From Octopus vulgaris (Eukaryota): a DNA stretch of 64,000 nt. Shown here piece by piece: positions 63,956 to 64,000 of this stretch. The notes beneath the pieces were generated by a model. That model was not told the origin of the DNA, searched no databases, and saw only the letters and a program-made list of their open reading frames with translations. A program made the translations under genes and the position numbers. The stretch is from positions 117,986,001-118,050,000 of the forward strand of contig OX597823.1 in assembly GCA_951406725.2 (NCBI GenBank), in the 5' to 3' direction. Numbering within the stretch: position 1 is the first letter of the stretch; the number at the start of each line of letters is the position of its first letter.

Positions 63956-64000
<45 letters not shown>
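63860..64000. repeat. (TA)n/(CA)n microsatellite
   Basis: Directly visible. Confidence 0.9.

Overview
Eukaryotic (animal), AT-rich, microsatellite- and retroelement-dense DNA. The repeat families suggest an octopus (coleoid cephalopod) genome; this is inference, not a database result. The main feature is a complete 13-exon + strand gene (CDS 6622..37992; 1368 nt spliced, 455 aa) encoding an AFG1/ZapE-family mitochondrial ATPase (AFG1L/LACE1). All 12 introns are GT-AG and every splice phase is compatible. A second candidate gene on the - strand (coding exon 58509..58848, possible non-coding exons near 59640 and 61524) encodes an unrecognised 111-aa single-pass, N-glycosylatable membrane protein. 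The rest is mostly transposon-derived: at least three tRNA-headed SINE families, CR1, RTE, R4/Dong and Tx1-like LINE remnants, Helitron-type elements, piggyBac- and hAT-like MITEs, a deleted mariner and several foldbacks. Most notable: two Dong copies in (TAA)n tracts sharing the same inactivating lesions; a three-layer RTE>CR1>Dong nest; an inverted duplication preserving the empty site of a Helitron; SINE dimers with one TSD and a recurrent GGTAT junction; and a minimal hammerhead-like motif. No CRISPR array, rRNA or true tRNA gene was seen. I cannot support a new multi-gene system here.
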